Positions 47,833 to 62,535 of a stretch of DNA of 64,000 nt are shown here, in pieces. A model generated the notes under the pieces. It saw nothing but the letters and a program-made list of their open reading frames with translations. It ran no database searches and was not told the DNA's origin. The translations under genes were made by a program, and so were the position numbers. Within the stretch, counting starts at the first letter, position 1. Every line of letters starts with the position of its first letter. This DNA is from Antedon mediterranea (lineage: Eukaryota > Animalia > Echinodermata): assembly GCF_964355755.1 (NCBI RefSeq), contig NC_092674.1:9796001-9860000 (forward strand), given 5' to 3'.

Positions 47833-48320
47833 TAACACTGTATGTGTCGAAAAGTCTACATAACAATTAACATACGTTTTACTTGTTTACTTTAAATTGT
47901 TATCGACATACATAGTAGTTGCTCATAATGTTCCATTTAATGTTTGCGATGGGGTTAAACGACGTATATAAGTTCACATTTTTACCCAGTAACATCCCTA
48001 TTTTTTTTTAAACGGTGTCAACAATTGTCCACCAAATACCACTAACATATTGGAATTTTTTTTCATTTTCACCAGATACGGTGACACCTATTTGAACTAC
48101 CTGACTAATAAAAAAAATCTGGTGTTTTTAGTAAAATGTTGCCAAATTCTGTATTTAAAGAGAAACATATTTTTTACGTTGTGATTGATTTTTTTAATTA
48201 ATTTATTGCAATTTATAGGCCCATTTACACTTGGACGATAACGATTGACGATAAATAGATATACATACATTTTTCTTACATAAAACAAAATAAATTGGAA
48301 ACGTTTTCGTTTTAGAACTA

Positions 48321-48855
48321 CCGTAACCCACACTCTAATAGTAACCCACTTTTTATAAGTCAATCTATAATAATAACCCACTACTCTAATAATAACCCAT
48401 GGGGGTTACTATATTAGAGTCACAAAAACTATTGACAAAATGACACTAAAATCAACATTGTTTTTGCTTTTAACACGATTTATTTCTTAAAATAGGCATT
48501 TTTCACAATGTCAATGATCCTTATTTGTATGAACTCCAGCTTAGTATGCCTCGATTATTGTTCCAGGTTTAGTTCAAAATAACGATATTTTAATACAACC
48601 CTTGACAGTTCATCAAGGATTGAGTGTTTTTGAGTTTATAAAATAAAGTTAGAGTTCAACCAAATGTGTTTATTCGTGGGCCTACTATTTTATTATTTTG
48701 CTATGAGTTGCTGACCGGAAAAGTTGGGGTGTGTTACTATTTTCAGGTGCATAATTTAAGATTACACTACTCTAATAGTAAACCCACTTCTAAAAGTAAC
48801 CCACCCTAAAAAACAATCAAAGAATAATAACCCAGGGTTATAATTAGATTTACGG
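48321..48855. mobile_element. Tc1/mariner-type non-autonomous element
   Basis: TA-ccgtaa...ttacgg-TA ends with repeated subterminal ctctaatagtaaccca motifs. Confidence 0.7.
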
Positions 48856-49320
48856 TATAGGCCTAGGATAATCTTATGCTGTCATTGAATAAAAACAATA
48901 ACATCGTTGTATTATGTCACGAAATCATTGCTCTTACTGATCATGACGTCATTTGATTGGAAGTGCGAAAATGTAATTTTCATCAAAGGCAGATGGTTAT
49001 CATATAGTTCTAGGATGAAACCTTTTTAGATTTCATTTGTTTTATATACGGAAAATGCATATTTATCTATATCGTTGATCGTTATGCCTGTGCAATAGCT
49101 GAACTTTCCTGTTTTGGTCATTACGTAGAAAAGTGGATATTAAAATAATTTATTATTCCCAAGCGGTAGGCCTCTTACCTTTCATGAACACGTGTGTAAG
49201 GGATTGTGACGTCGTTGTGATGTCATCAACAACTTCTTCTTAAAGACGATTTTGATTGTGCCATTTAAGTTTTGTTATGAGGTCACAATTGGCACCCACC
49301 CCCCATATCCTGTACGATAA

Positions 49321-49327
49321 TATAAAA
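49321..49327 (+). promoter_or_regulatory. Candidate TATA box of SLC5A7, with a CRE (tgacgtca) at 48944-48951
   Basis: tataaaa about 390 bp upstream of the ATG; positional inference only. Confidence 0.3.
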
Positions 49328-49710
49328 AGGGTGCAGTTTCCTCATTTTAAACAGTGATCAGTTTTTAATTCATAAACAACTACACACTGTGTTGGTTCCA
49401 GTACTTTATAATGTATCCTGTGTATTTTTTTATTTAAATTTGTTTACATGCGACCCTATACCGGTACCGGTACTGTATCAATTACTTAAATTGTACAGTT
49501 TAATTTTCATTCTTAGTCTGTTTTGGACAACAACTAAACGTTAAAAGTTATTCATGCGTGACATATTTGCATAATAATCCCCGCCCTCGCTTGAACGGTT
49601 ACGTGAAATACTGTTGCTGTAAAGTTTTCCATTAAGACTTAGTACATCTGCTGTAAGGCTATACAGTAGTTGTTTACAAGTTATACGTGGATCTCTGCAA
49701 AAGGTACAAA

Positions 49711-52700
49711 ATGGCTGTTAACTGGGGAGGTCTTATTGGTGTCATCGTTTTCTATCTCATCATCTTAGCAATCGGTTTATATGCATCAAAGAAAGTTAAA
49801 GGTAGTTCTTCAATGGAAGATGTCATGCTTGCTGGAAGAGATATTGGATTGGGTGTCGGTATTTTTACCATGACAGGTAAGACCACTTGAGGTCATTCTT
49901 ATATTGAATCAAAAGTCAACTATACCTAATAATTATATAAATAACCCTGTTAAAGGAAAAGCTTATTTGTTAATTGTTTCGATTTCTTTAAATTTCAATA
50001 ATTTTAACATCAAATATAATGTTGTTTTTGTTTACATGCTTTAGTAATTACTCATTAATTAAGTTTATGTGGTAATTAATTATGTTCCTCAAAATGTTTG
50101 CACACGTTATACTCAGTAATTAAAGTTTATGTGGTAATTAATTAATGTTCCTCAGCAAGATCGTGCAAATGTTCTAATTTCCCGGGATATAGGCCTAGTG
50201 ACTTTCCGGTTTACGTTGCCGCGGCACTTTGTATTCATGATTTACCTTAACAACGGTAAATAAGTTTTGTTTGTCACGAAAGTTATACTTTATTGCCTGA
50301 ATAAATGTATAAAGTGGTCTATAAACCATTTATTACACTGAGCTGACTTGACTTTCTCACACTGAGTAGCTCTTAATATCTACACTCGATTTTTTGATAT
50401 AAGTAAAATTGTAAGCGTAGGATAATCGCGTGAACATTCTTAATAAAAAAACATAGGCCTAATTTAAGGTAGTGATATTTTAAGGGCTTGAACGAGGGTG
50501 GGGGTTGTAGGTCTACTAATTGTTTGTTGTCTGTATATTATTGTAAATTGTTTTGTGATTTATCATATTTAATATCTTAATGTTCTGACGATTTCATATT
50601 GAGTACCACTAAGTGATGTATACGTAAGTAAAGATCACGGTGTACAATATATGTGAACCATAAAAATGTTTTAAAAACATGGTTTTAATGTCTAACCGAT
50701 ATTGAGTAAAGACCAAAATGCCGGATTTCGGGTTAGTTACACAATTAAAATAATGTGCGGGCGGCAAGGTGACCAATTGTCTTTGTTTATAGGCCTTCCC
50801 CTCAAGTGTTCTTAGCTACGGGGTCAAACATTTGTTCTTGATCACGCATTATTAAATTACAAAATTGCTTCATTTAAATAATCGGAAGTTGTAAACTGAA
50901 AGTAATAGGTTTACTATCAGCAAATACCCGTCAGAAAGTCAGTGATATCTGTTGCTTATACCTATAAAATATACCGTATCAACCGGCTCGTCAGCCATAT
51001 CAATGCCTAGAAAATAATTAGGCCTACAAAAACAAAAGGCGGTGCACAAAACGTGCGTAAAAACGGCCCAAACCATGTTCGTTAAGAAAGTATTTAGGCT
51101 TGGTTCCCACTATGACGTAACGTAAGAACGTACACGCAACGCAAGCGAATTGACCAATCAACAGCGATGGATTATTCGAACTGTCGCTTGTGATTGGTCA
51201 ATTCACTTGCGTTGCGGCTTGAACCCTTGCGAATTGCGTCCAAGTTGGAACAAAGCCTTATTGATATTCTAAATTTATTTGTTTGGGTTTTTTTTCAGCT
51301 ACTTGGGTCGGCGGTGGATTTATCAATGGCACTGCTGAAGCGGTTCATAGTTTGGGGCTGGTGTGGGCACAAGCCCCATGGGGTTACTCTTGTAGTCTTA
51401 TCATAGGTAAGTATTATCTAAAGCTCTGTCCACAATATCAAACTAGAATGACAAAAAAATTGCGATGTGCCAAAATATGGTAGTGATATGTCGTCATTGT
51501 GTCTAAATATGTGCACATCACATTTTGTTGTCGCATAAAGTTTGATAGTGTAGACAGATCTTTAGTATATAAATATTTTTCTTAATGTTCCTTCACACAA
51601 TCTGTATCTCTGTGTAGGGATATTAGTATAATTATTTTGGAGTCATTAACATCATAAAAAATACAAATAATATTAAGAGACTTAAAGAAAGTCCATTGTC
51701 AATAGAAATATTTCTTGGGTTCAGATTCATATAGAAAACATTTAATTTAGTGCGACCATGGTTTTTAAAAAAATAATTTAATTTCCCGAGTCTAGTTATA
51801 TAATAATATTATTTTACGTGCAGCTTATAGCAGCAAACAAAAGATGAAAGTAATTAATAATATTATGAATATTTTCATTTTAGGTGGACTATTTTTTGCT
51901 AAGAAAATGAGAGAGCAGGGCTACGTGACCATGCTGGATCCATTCCAAAGGAAGTTTGGCAAAAGGATGGGAGGGCTACTGTTTCTGCCAGCTTTATCTG
52001 GAGAGCTATTCTGGTCAAGTGCCATCCTTGCAGCGTTGGGTAAATATGTTACAATTCAATAGGTGACAGAATTGGGAATTGGTACAATTCGGATAATCCA
52101 TCGCTTGTGGCCAAGTTAATTACGTCGCGTGTTTTTGCGTACGTCCTAACTTACGTCGCGTGTTTTTGCGTACGTCCTAGTGAAACTACCAATCTTTAAT
52201 CAACTACCTCTGTCGTTTACCGCGAAATAACACCAATCAGGGAAGAGTTAGATACATGTAGCTAAGTTTCAGAACGTAGAAACAAGCGCCTCATTTCCAT
52301 GTTATATTTATATAATATCGGATAATTAAACCGTGATTCAAGATTTTTGCTGTGATGATACATACAATTCTATTACAAAACTGATATTGCTTCGCTTCGC
52401 CTAATTGTAAACATACCATGTTCCTAATTTAAAGACATGTTGTGCAGGAATATTAAACATCGCGTGACAAACCCACTAGACGGTGCTGATGAAAACGAAC
52501 CATATACTTATTAGCTCTGACACAAGCTATATGCTCCTTCGGGTGACCGTTGCTAACAGCGATAATGTAAGGTATAATGTATGCATTGTGAGAACAACAG
52601 CACTATTCCAACAATACATCAGAATTCAACTTTTTGTATGTACAAATTTCAATTATGGATTTATTGGAAGTATTACAAGGACTAGACATGGTGCTTATTT

Positions 52701-55700
52701 CAATAGAACAGCCTTATGTTATTCCAATTTCTTTATAGAAATTAGATCAACAATGAGGTTAGAATTATTGGTTAGAAACAATAGAATTAAATTACTTACC
52801 GCTAACATGCAAAGACACTACTAAGATGTGAACGAGTTTAGTCCCCAACATGTACGGTAGTTTGTACCTTGATATTCAGTTACCTTACAGCATACTTCTT
52901 TAGGATATAATATACCACAGTTTGTGACTAATGTAACCTATTTGGTTGACGCTTTCGTCCCATGACTCAGTTCTCCTTTTGAGACGCAACGCAAGCGACG
53001 TACGCAACACAATCGAATTAACCAATGACAAGCAAAAGTTCGAATAATCGCTTGTGATTGGTCAAACCACTTAGGTTGCGCTTACGTCTTGGCGTTGCGG
53101 TGCGTCTCAGTGGGAGCTAATAAATACTTTGATAAGTTAGATAAATACTGCTCATTCGATTTCCATAGATCAATCCTTTTAATTTACCTCGCGAAGACTT
53201 TTGTCAAAGACTTTTGTCGAAGCCCCTCTATTGTTATATCTAAAATCATTATCTATCATTTGTATTAAACGTGTAACATTAATTTAACGTTTTAAGAATG
53301 TAATTATAATGTTAAACAATTCGTGACAATTCGTACTCCATATGGTGGGCTTTTATGGTTTTTATTTTTTTTAATTTTCAGGATCAACTTTCAGTGTCAT
53401 TTTGGATATTGACAAAAACATATCGATTATCGTGTCTGCGTGTATTGCAATGTTCTATACTTTATTCGGAGGTCTTTATTCCGTTGCCTATACTGATGTT
53501 ATCCAGTTGCTTTGCATATTCTTTGGTTTGGTGAGTAATTCAATTTCAATTTCTTTTTTTATTTCGAAAACAACATCCATATTAATAAACTTATAAACAG
53601 AAAAAGAAAAATCGTAAACTAAACTTAAGTATATAAAATGCTTCTAACATCCATATTAATAAACTTATAAACAGAAAAAGAAAAATCGTAAACTCTAAAC
53701 TTTAGTATATAGAATGCTTCTCCATCTACAATACATCTTGGAATTATGGACCATATGTTTGCAAACACAAGCAACAAGGATGTTACCACTAATATAATAC
53801 TAACTAAGTAATGTTGATATTATTGGTAGACTATACTTTAAAAAGAATTCGACATGCGACATTAAGTGTTTTATTATCAGTGTCGCTGGACCTAAACTTT
53901 AGAATCGATTACCGATTGAAGTAAGGAACTGCGACACAGTTCTGAACTTTTATTTAGAACACATTGGCACGTGGTTTTTTTTTTCTTTTTTTCCACCATA
54001 TTTGACTTATAGATGTTAATTAATTTTCTATAAAAATTCTAAGTGAATGGAATGTTGCAGTAACTGAGCGCTATATAAATATTCAAATGGATAATTAGGC
54101 CTATAAAAGTTGACGAAATTGTCGTGCTGATATTAATAGTCCTTAACTTTAAGAGCATTATTCCAAAGCCTCAATGTGCCTAATAAAAAAAAATATGAAA
54201 AATGCAGATTAAAAGGTGAGTTTTTAACGCTACCTTAAAATGAACAATTGAAGTTGCCCGAGGGAAGCAGGCCCCAGAAAACTACCATAATGATGCTTTG
54301 TTGACGGATGAATGCGACTGAGCTATGTAGTGCACGCATTCATACACATCAAAATCACACTACATTTGAAAATTATTCGTCATCTTGGATGCAAAATGGT
54401 GTCTAAATTCTCTACTTTTCCCCCACTACTATGTTTAGGTTATATGTTATTGTTATTTTTTACTACACATGCGTATAAATAGCACCGAATTATTGATGTT
54501 GATTGTTTTAAACTACTTGCGCTACCTTAAAATGAACAATTGAAGTTGCCCGAGGGAAGCAGGCCCCAGAAAACTACCATAATGATGCTTTGTTGACGGA
54601 TGAATGCGACTGAGCTATGTAGTGCACGCATTCATACACATCAAAATCACACTACATTTGAAAATTATTCGTCATCTTGGATGCAAAATGGTGTCTAAAT
54701 TCTCTACTTTTCCCCCACTACTATGTTTAGGCTATATGTTATTGTTATTTTTTACTACACATGCGTATAAATAGCACCGAATTATTGATGTTGATTGTTT
54801 TAAACTACTTGAAAACAGTCAAGTGTTGGGAGAGGGTGTCTTTGCTAGTTACCGTATATCTTCAGTATAGAAGCACATCTAATATATATGAGAGATGTTT
54901 TAACATTTTTGTAGAAAACCGCAGGTGTGACTGAGAAAAAAAATAAAAATACCCAACCGAACCTAGTAAACGGACTAAAGACTAGTCAAAGGCCAACGTC
55001 TTGACTCGTGCTATCTTGAATCCCGACGAGACGACTCGTCAGGCCTCGTCGTACGACGCTGTCTGAGTTGGCCTTTAGACATAAATGCAAAATACTTTTT
55101 ATAGGATTGTTTAGCTTGAAATTTAAATTTCAAGCTAATTTTAATTTCAACTTCTCGCGATTCTTGGTCGCATGCTTGGATTTGGATAACTTTTGTTGAC
55201 ACACACATTTTCTGACCTGAATATCATCGGCAGGCCATATTTACACAGTAGCTGTTTGATTTCCTAGGTTAGTGTTTTGGTGAAGATCATCTACCTATAG
55301 TCAATCCTTGATTCGATTTATAGGCTTTATACTACCAACGACTATTATTCAATTTTATACAAGTGTTTTGTGTACAATACAACTTGTCAACACTTATAGT
55401 ACTTATCTACATAGTGACTATTATTCTTGTACTTAAATTTCAACTTGAATACTGTGTAAATATATCGCATTTCACTAATGAATAAACATTAAGAGGTGCG
55501 TCAGTAAGTGGGGGCATCCAGTTTCTGAATACGGGACCGATATCCAGTGTTTACTTCTACAATATCGTTGATGCGCATGTTCAGATGCCGAGTACTATAA
55601 TATTATACGCACTCTAGTCTAGGTCATAGTAAAAACATAAATATTTTGGCACATATAGCCTTTCATAAGTATACAACTTTAGTTTTCAGACAAAAAATCG

Positions 55701-58700
55701 AAACGCCGACTGGTGGACTAACATAACTAATAGGCTAAAGACTTGGGCATGTCAAACGTCTTTATTTCTTATGTCCCATTCAACTATGCGTAATATTATT
55801 GCGCACGTTTTCTATAACGATTATAATGATTAGCTTATTCAAAAATAAAATATTATCACCCATTAAAAACTTAGAAGCCAAATACAATATCCTTCCGGTA
55901 CCGTAGGCCTACATACGCGCATCATTACATTTTGATTGGTTGGCATTCCGTCTGAATAGTGTTACGTAATGTTGAATTCACACTTTACTTTTTCAAGTGT
56001 GCCTACTCAGAATAATATTTTATTTGTTCTAATCTTTCTCTTTACAGTGGCTGTCCATTCCGTTTGCTTTGACGAACGACCATGTCACGAGCATTATTGA
56101 CACAAAAGAAATGTGGCTTGGCACATGGGATAATAAATATGCCGGCGAATGGCTTGATTACGGATTTCTTTTGGTATAGTTAAATATTTTCTACCGTAGA
56201 CATTTCTGTTTTAGATCTCAATATTATGGTGGATCGATTTAGCAGTGACAAACCCTAAGAATAACGGAAACGTTAGATTATACACACCGGCTCCACCTTT
56301 TTGTTCTGTATCCGTTCTGGGAAGAACTATCTAAGCGTAGAGATAATTAATAGGCATAGTAACTCTATAATATCTGTATGATTTAAGTAAGCTACATGTG
56401 TCCTGCGGTAGAGACCTTGACATATATGCTTGATTAAGAGTTGATTTTAACCAAATTAGAGTTAAAAACAGCAATAAGTACCTCCATTAGGAAATTCTCA
56501 GACAAGTGAAGGAAAATGTCACAAAAAGGGAGAGATAATCAGATTTTAAATCAGAATAAAATTGAAAAGCCCTTAAACTAATGGAATACAATAGGAGAAC
56601 CTCAGAGATTGAAAAATATCATAATGAAAGAGCAGAGGAGGATCCAGGAGGGTTGGAAGACGTCCTACTATCGAAAGTGTAATGCAAAATATCAGACATT
56701 GCGTTACGATATTTCAACACTTCATTTTACACTTTTACCATATGCCCTATCCCTGGACGAGATATTTCATTTCGTACATAAGTTGAGGACCCCTCATGAA
56801 ACGTCACAAAATAAACATGAATATTCATTAGTCATGTCCATAAGTTTTGAAATCCTTTCCCAGACCCTTCGCCCATTTCAAAATTCTGGATTCACCAACA
56901 AAAGAGTCGCACAGTTTCTCCTCATATCATATTTGTATAATAAATTAGCTGTGATATTTTTTAGATGTTTGGTGGAGTGCCTTGGCAAGTTTATTTCCAA
57001 CGCGTATTGTCCGCAAGAAGTGCGAAGTACGCGCAGATTCTGTCTTTTACTGCTGCAGCTGGATGTATGATTATGACGATCCCTTCTATCATTATCGGAG
57101 CTATTGGTGCCAGCACTGGTTAGTAACAATAATAATAAATGCACATTTGTCTTAAGATTGATAATAATATTTGCCAGTTGCTAAATCGTGGTTTCACGTC
57201 TTTGTATAATAAGAAAACTTTGGAAACGTGTCTTGTCGAACTCGGGAGTTTTCTCGAGTTTTCATACAAACGTTTGTCAATGTTTATTGATGCCGGCCTG
57301 ACAAATTGTGTTATGAAAATTAAAATGTTAACTTAAATTCGAGGATGAAAACATATGTTTGCAAAGACGAACAAACTCGCAAAAAAGCTTTCTAAAGTGT
57401 ATCACCGGTTTTCTACAATGGTAAAGTTTTGTTTGAAAACTCGACCAACTTGAGCAAACTGTAGAAAACAAACTCCGAGTTTGTAAACAACATCCAATTT
57501 ATTGCTTTAGTCTTTTCCAGGCTTAAACAACCGATGCCATCCATATTTAAGCTTGGTTCCCACTAGAACGCAAGGACGTAAACGCAACGCAAGTGTTTTA
57601 ACCAATGACAAGCGAAGTTATAGACAGTTAGCAATCACAAGCGAATAAGCCATCGCTTGTGATTGGTCAATTCACTTGAGTTGCGTTACGTCCTTGTGTT
57701 GCGTCGCTAGTGGGAACCACGCTTAAGTGTTCATGCCTAAAAAACTTAAGTTTGATTGATGAGTTTCTCTTTTTTTCACAGCTCTTCATTAAACAAATAC
57801 ATAATATCTTCAATTTTCCTTTTTTTCCCAGCTTGGAACGAAACTGATTATGGACAAGAGGTTACAGACAGTAGCCTTATTCTGCCACTTGTGTTACAGT
57901 ATTTAACTCCTCAGGGAGTCTCAATCATCGGTCTTGGAGCGGTCTGTGCTGCTGTCATGTCATCTGCAGATTCCTCTCTTCTTTCTGCCAGTTCAATGTT
58001 CTCTCGAAATATATACAAACTCTTGATAAGACAAAACGTAAATAGTGTTTAATGTATAATTCGTATTCTAGCGTAGCATGCTCGATAGCTGACGGTAGAA
58101 TCTTTTGTTTTGAGGTGTCATCTAAAAGTCTACCGTAAAGGACTTCTTCGGGCTAATGGATTTATCCTTTCTTGATTATTTTATATTCTCTAACTACTGT
58201 GCTAAATTTGCATTTGTAGGTTTGACGTCTTTGTCTAGCGAAGATGTCAATGATCATACCGAAAAGAGAAAAAGAAGGAAATATCACTAATGATGACGAT
58301 AATGATTATAGTTTTTGAAATTAATCTTTTTTTCCGTTTTGTTTTTTCTTTTCAAGGCGAGCGAGACGGAGATTATCATGGTAATGAGATGTGCCATTAT
58401 CGTGTCTGGAGCTATTGCCACCACCCTCGCCATTACCATCGATTCCATCTACGGCCTATTCTACTTATGCTCCGATTTCGTATACGTGGTTCTGTTTCCG
58501 CAACTTGTCTGCGTTGTATACATTGGTTACACTAATACCTACGGATCTCTATTCGCCTACATTCTAGGCTTGATCTTACGACTTGGCGGTGGAGAACCAT
58601 TATTGAGTCTGGATCCTTTCATTGAATATCCATTCTACGAAGATGGCGTGCAGCTGTTTCCTTTCCGTACATTTTCCATGGTGATCTCTTTCATAACGCT

Positions 58701-59156
58701 CAATCTGGTGTCCCTTCTGTTTCGGTTCATCTTCACACGGGAGATTCTGGATAAAAAGTACGATATTTTCAAATGTGTGACAAACATCGGACCGGACACA
58801 GACAACATCAAAATGGCGGAAAAGTCAGATAAAGGTATGGTCTCGTTCACTATTACAATTCATTGCTTTTGTGCTTTCCTGCTTTCCTGCCAGCTAGTGA
58901 CTATGATTTTATATTTTCTCTTGCGTCATGTTTGTTTAATATGTCGATTTGTATTATATTTTGTAAAATGTATCCTGTATAATAATAATAATAATGATAA
59001 TCCAATGATGATGATTACTGGAATTTCTTTTTGATCATTCAATATTATAAATTTGTAATAGGAATAATAATTAAAGTAATATTTTGATTTCTTCTTTTTT
59101 TAGGATTCGATTCAGCTATAACGAATGGAATGGTTAACGAAGGTGCCCAGTTTTAG
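49711..59156 (+). CDS. SLC5A7: High-affinity choline transporter CHT1 (SLC5 family), 9 coding exons, about 531 aa
   Basis: Exons 49711-49876, 51299-51406, 51884-52039, 53382-53530, 56048-56173, 56965-57118, 57832-58037, 58357-58834, 59104-59156 join in frame (1596 nt). Motifs: [83 protein letters not shown]. Confidence 0.95.
51422..51561. mobile_element. Harbinger MITE, family B copy in SLC5A7 intron 2
   Basis: agctctgtccacaatatcaaact...agtttgatagtgtagacagatct with TAA/TTA flanks. Confidence 0.75.
54228..54811. repeat. Near-perfect tandem duplication, 2 x 292 bp
   Basis: 54228-54519 is repeated at 54520-54811 with one visible substitution. Confidence 0.95.
57550..57723. mobile_element. Harbinger MITE, family A copy
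   Basis: TIR agc(t/g)tggttcccactag with TTA/TAA flanks; nearly the reverse complement of 27292-27470. Confidence 0.85.
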
Positions 59157-61559
59157 ATCATAGCGAAGGATAATATATATATGGGTAAACGTAAGAAAAT
59201 AATCCAACATATTTTTTAAACTTCAATTTCTTATATGAGAAGGTTCACTTAATCTGAATAAATCAGCCTATTCTCTGTACTGTATCTGCAAATATGGCAT
59301 TGATACAGTGTCACATGTATAACTTAGTATCTGTACCATGGGTTAGTGAGGCCTGTGTTTCAGTCGTCACATGTGATACATATGTGACGCTGTATGACAG
59401 AATTTGCATATGATATTGGGCAAGATATAGATACAGTACCGGGAATCGGTTAAATATAAATTACATTAATATTCCATGAAAAAGAAAAAACTTGTATAAC
59501 CCACGTATTACTTTATTGCCATTGGATCGATTGTAGGGGTTTCTCTTTAGGCCTAATTATTTCTGTTCTTTGAGATGACGTGACCTATTGAATGTGACAT
59601 TGTGTCTATCCAAATTTAAATCGGGTTGTGGTTTTTATTGTATAATGTGAGAGTGTATTCCATTCCGTATTTATAGTTTAAAAAAAAAAAAAATCACAAA
59701 GACAAACAAAAAACAAAAACAAAAAAACACCATAATTGTATTCCAAAATAAAATGTATGTTTCTGTAATAGTTTTATTGATCATTTATAACTTATACAAA
59801 ATGATTTGTTATAAGTCGGCGTATTTAAAAGTTTTTGGTTTTCAATCTTAAATGTTTCAATAAATAGCGACATTTATAATTATATTAGGCCTAATAAGTT
59901 ATAGCTTTGAGTTAAGTTGAATATTACAAAATTATTAATTGAATCAATACTTATCTACCCGGGTACGTTATTTTCTGAAAATACGCAAGATTATTGCATA
60001 AACATAATCAAACATAACCCTCTAATTAATTTCTCTCAAAATATGATAGAATTCCAGTTCACAAGCATTCAACCATAGAACTGTCCATGTTTAGCACAAA
60101 TTTCATAATAATGTCGCTCCCAAAAAAAATAAAGGGACCATATCTCTGGTTTGTAGAGAAAGTCGGTAACCCAGTGTAATTAGCTACCCACCAAAGTTAG
60201 TGATGGTCCATGAAATTAGCTTAGCGGGTGTTTACGGTTTCTTTAATCTTCGTTCCCACTAGGACGCAACGCATGACGTAAGCCCAACCAAGCGAGTTAA
60301 CCAATCACAATCGACAGTTGTGATGATTCACCGTGTCGTGATTGGTCCAACTTGTGGTTACGATTACGTCCTTGCGTTTCGTCCTAATGCAAATCAAGCT
60401 TTAGGCTAATATTATTTTGACTAGATATAAGTTGTAAGATATCTTTGGGATAAATTATTGTTATAATAAAATTAATTTTAATAAAATCAAGTATTGTAAA
60501 TATTATCAGTATCTTTATGCAAACATTTGTGGTGTACATTTGTGGTGTACAGTAGCATTAGCTTTTAATGTGTGAATAATAAAGACATTAAATTTAAATT
60601 AAGTCCTTGTTCTTTGTGTTTTTTTTTAATTGATAGTATAGTAGGCCTATAAGAACCTTAAGGACACTTCATTTTAATAGGATAGTTGACCGTGATGTCA
60701 AAACATTGCCTCTCGCCCCATTTTGAAGCAAATGGTAGAAAATCATGCATGTAAAAAACGATAAAAATTGAATCATACCAACTGGAAAAAATGTTTACTT
60801 TTAATAAAACGTATGTTAGTAGGCCTACTGCTACTTCCTTTTTTTATATTTTATTTTCTGTAGTTCATAAAACAGTATATGTGCAAAAATATGGTAGTGA
60901 TATGACATCATCATGCTCATATATGGGCACATTACATTTTTTTGTAATAATATAAAACTTGTCTTTGGCTCATTACAATCTGAACGACAGATGGCGCTGT
61001 TACTTTTTAGTCATGCAACTTATTACAGGTTTCTTTAGTTAATGTAATACAGTATCAAAATTACAGTAATAATACATAATAATCTGTACATTTTTTGTTT
61101 ATTTAAAACAACAATTTTACTATATTACTTGAAATGCAGCATTCAAATACAATTCTTTATTCTGAATTATAAGTTCATTATACTGAATCACACAAGAATA
61201 CATTTTACGTACCCGAGTGAAATTACAGGAGTTTTTAAATGTTAACTAAATGCAGCAATTGAGTGGTATACATAGAGGGGACACTTAATGCTCGGCAACA
61301 TTTTAACTGTAACAAACGGTATATAAACTATATGTGTAACATGATTACAGCTCTTAACCCCCCCCCCCCCACTTTTTTCCCTCTAAAAACAACAACACAT
61401 CAAATGTTTGTACTGTACTCTTAAAATTAAATACTGATTAATAATTTAATTAAGACTATTAATTAATTAAAATGACTAACTGTAACTTTCCCACTCTGAC
61501 AAAAATTAAAAAAAGATAAAATCTCTTATACGATCTCTATTATCCGACAGCAGCTTGTA

Positions 61560-62535
61560 CTACTTTGTGGCTGTACCGCATAGAATAACCATGATGCCGT
61601 TACGCCTTGTTTCGTGTTGGACGTCAGCAAAACCTGCTTTAGCAATGGCCTTCCAAGTTTCACGGTTAAAATGGCAGTTGTCCCCAAAAAATTTGGTGAA
61701 TGGCGTCACAGCATTTTGGAAAGAGTAGAACCAGGTTCCTTGTGTGGTCGCAACATGTTCCATAAAGTAAAACTTGCCGCCCTGCAAAATGATATTTTAT
61801 GATATGACTTTAAAATAATAAATTTAAATATTTAGAGTAGAATAGAAACAGCATTTATACATCATTTTAACGTATCCCTGTGGATGGAAAACAATAATTT
61901 AAGAGAGGCTGAGCTGGAAAAAATGTTGATGTGAAATTTGTGAGAATGAGGTATGTTTAAATCTATTGTTTTAATGTTAATCACTACAAAAATAAACATA
62001 CACGTTTCAAAACACGTTTAACCTCACTGAGAACTGCGTCAGTATCCGTCACTGAGCAAAGTGTGAGGGTACACACCACAGCATCTACAGACTGGTCTTC
62101 AACATGGCTCTTCATATCCTCACCATAACATTCAATGAATGGTTTGACTTCAACATGATTATTAACTTTTTTGTTTTCCTCTAAATATTGGTTAAAACTT
62201 GGGTTTGGATTCAATGGATACACAGTAGTACCCTTTGGATAGAACATGAAATTTGTTCCAGTTCCTACTCCAATTTCCAGAATAGATAGATCATTGACCT
62301 TTAACCTCTTTGCAACCTCTGGCAGGTCTTGAAACATTTTACGCTTGGCCTTCTCCGACTTTCTTTCCCCTATCGGGCTAAAAACACGGTACATTAAGTA
62401 AGCAAAAACTCTGGGGTAGTAAATCCGATAAATTTTGCTTAGCACTTTCAACAAAATCAATGTCCCTGCAACATAGACAAGAACTGTTTGAGTCATGACA
62501 TTATCACATAACCAATCCCACCACAAAAAATCCAT
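61560..62535 (-). CDS. METTL7A: METTL7/TMT1-like SAM-dependent (thiol) methyltransferase, 2 coding exons, about 251 aa
   Basis: Exons 62535-62002 and 61781-61560. N-terminal hydrophobic anchor, ILEIGVGTGTNF, GEDM...SVDAVVCTLTLCSV...EVKRVLKRGGKFYFMEHV, DNCHFNRETW. Paralog A versus B is not resolvable. Confidence 0.9.

Noticed and set aside
49100-50200. COE/UNC-3 cholinergic motif near SLC5A7
   Set aside because: I found no good TCCCNNGGGA match.
56400-57070. 153-aa ORF at 56609-57070
   Set aside because: It spans intron sequence (a possible decayed LINE remnant) and overlaps an SLC5A7 exon out of frame.
14671-62535. Functional neuronal cluster of the channel, choline transporter and methyltransferase
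   Set aside because: The genes are unrelated, differently oriented and separated by TE-rich DNA; nothing in the sequence indicates co-regulation.
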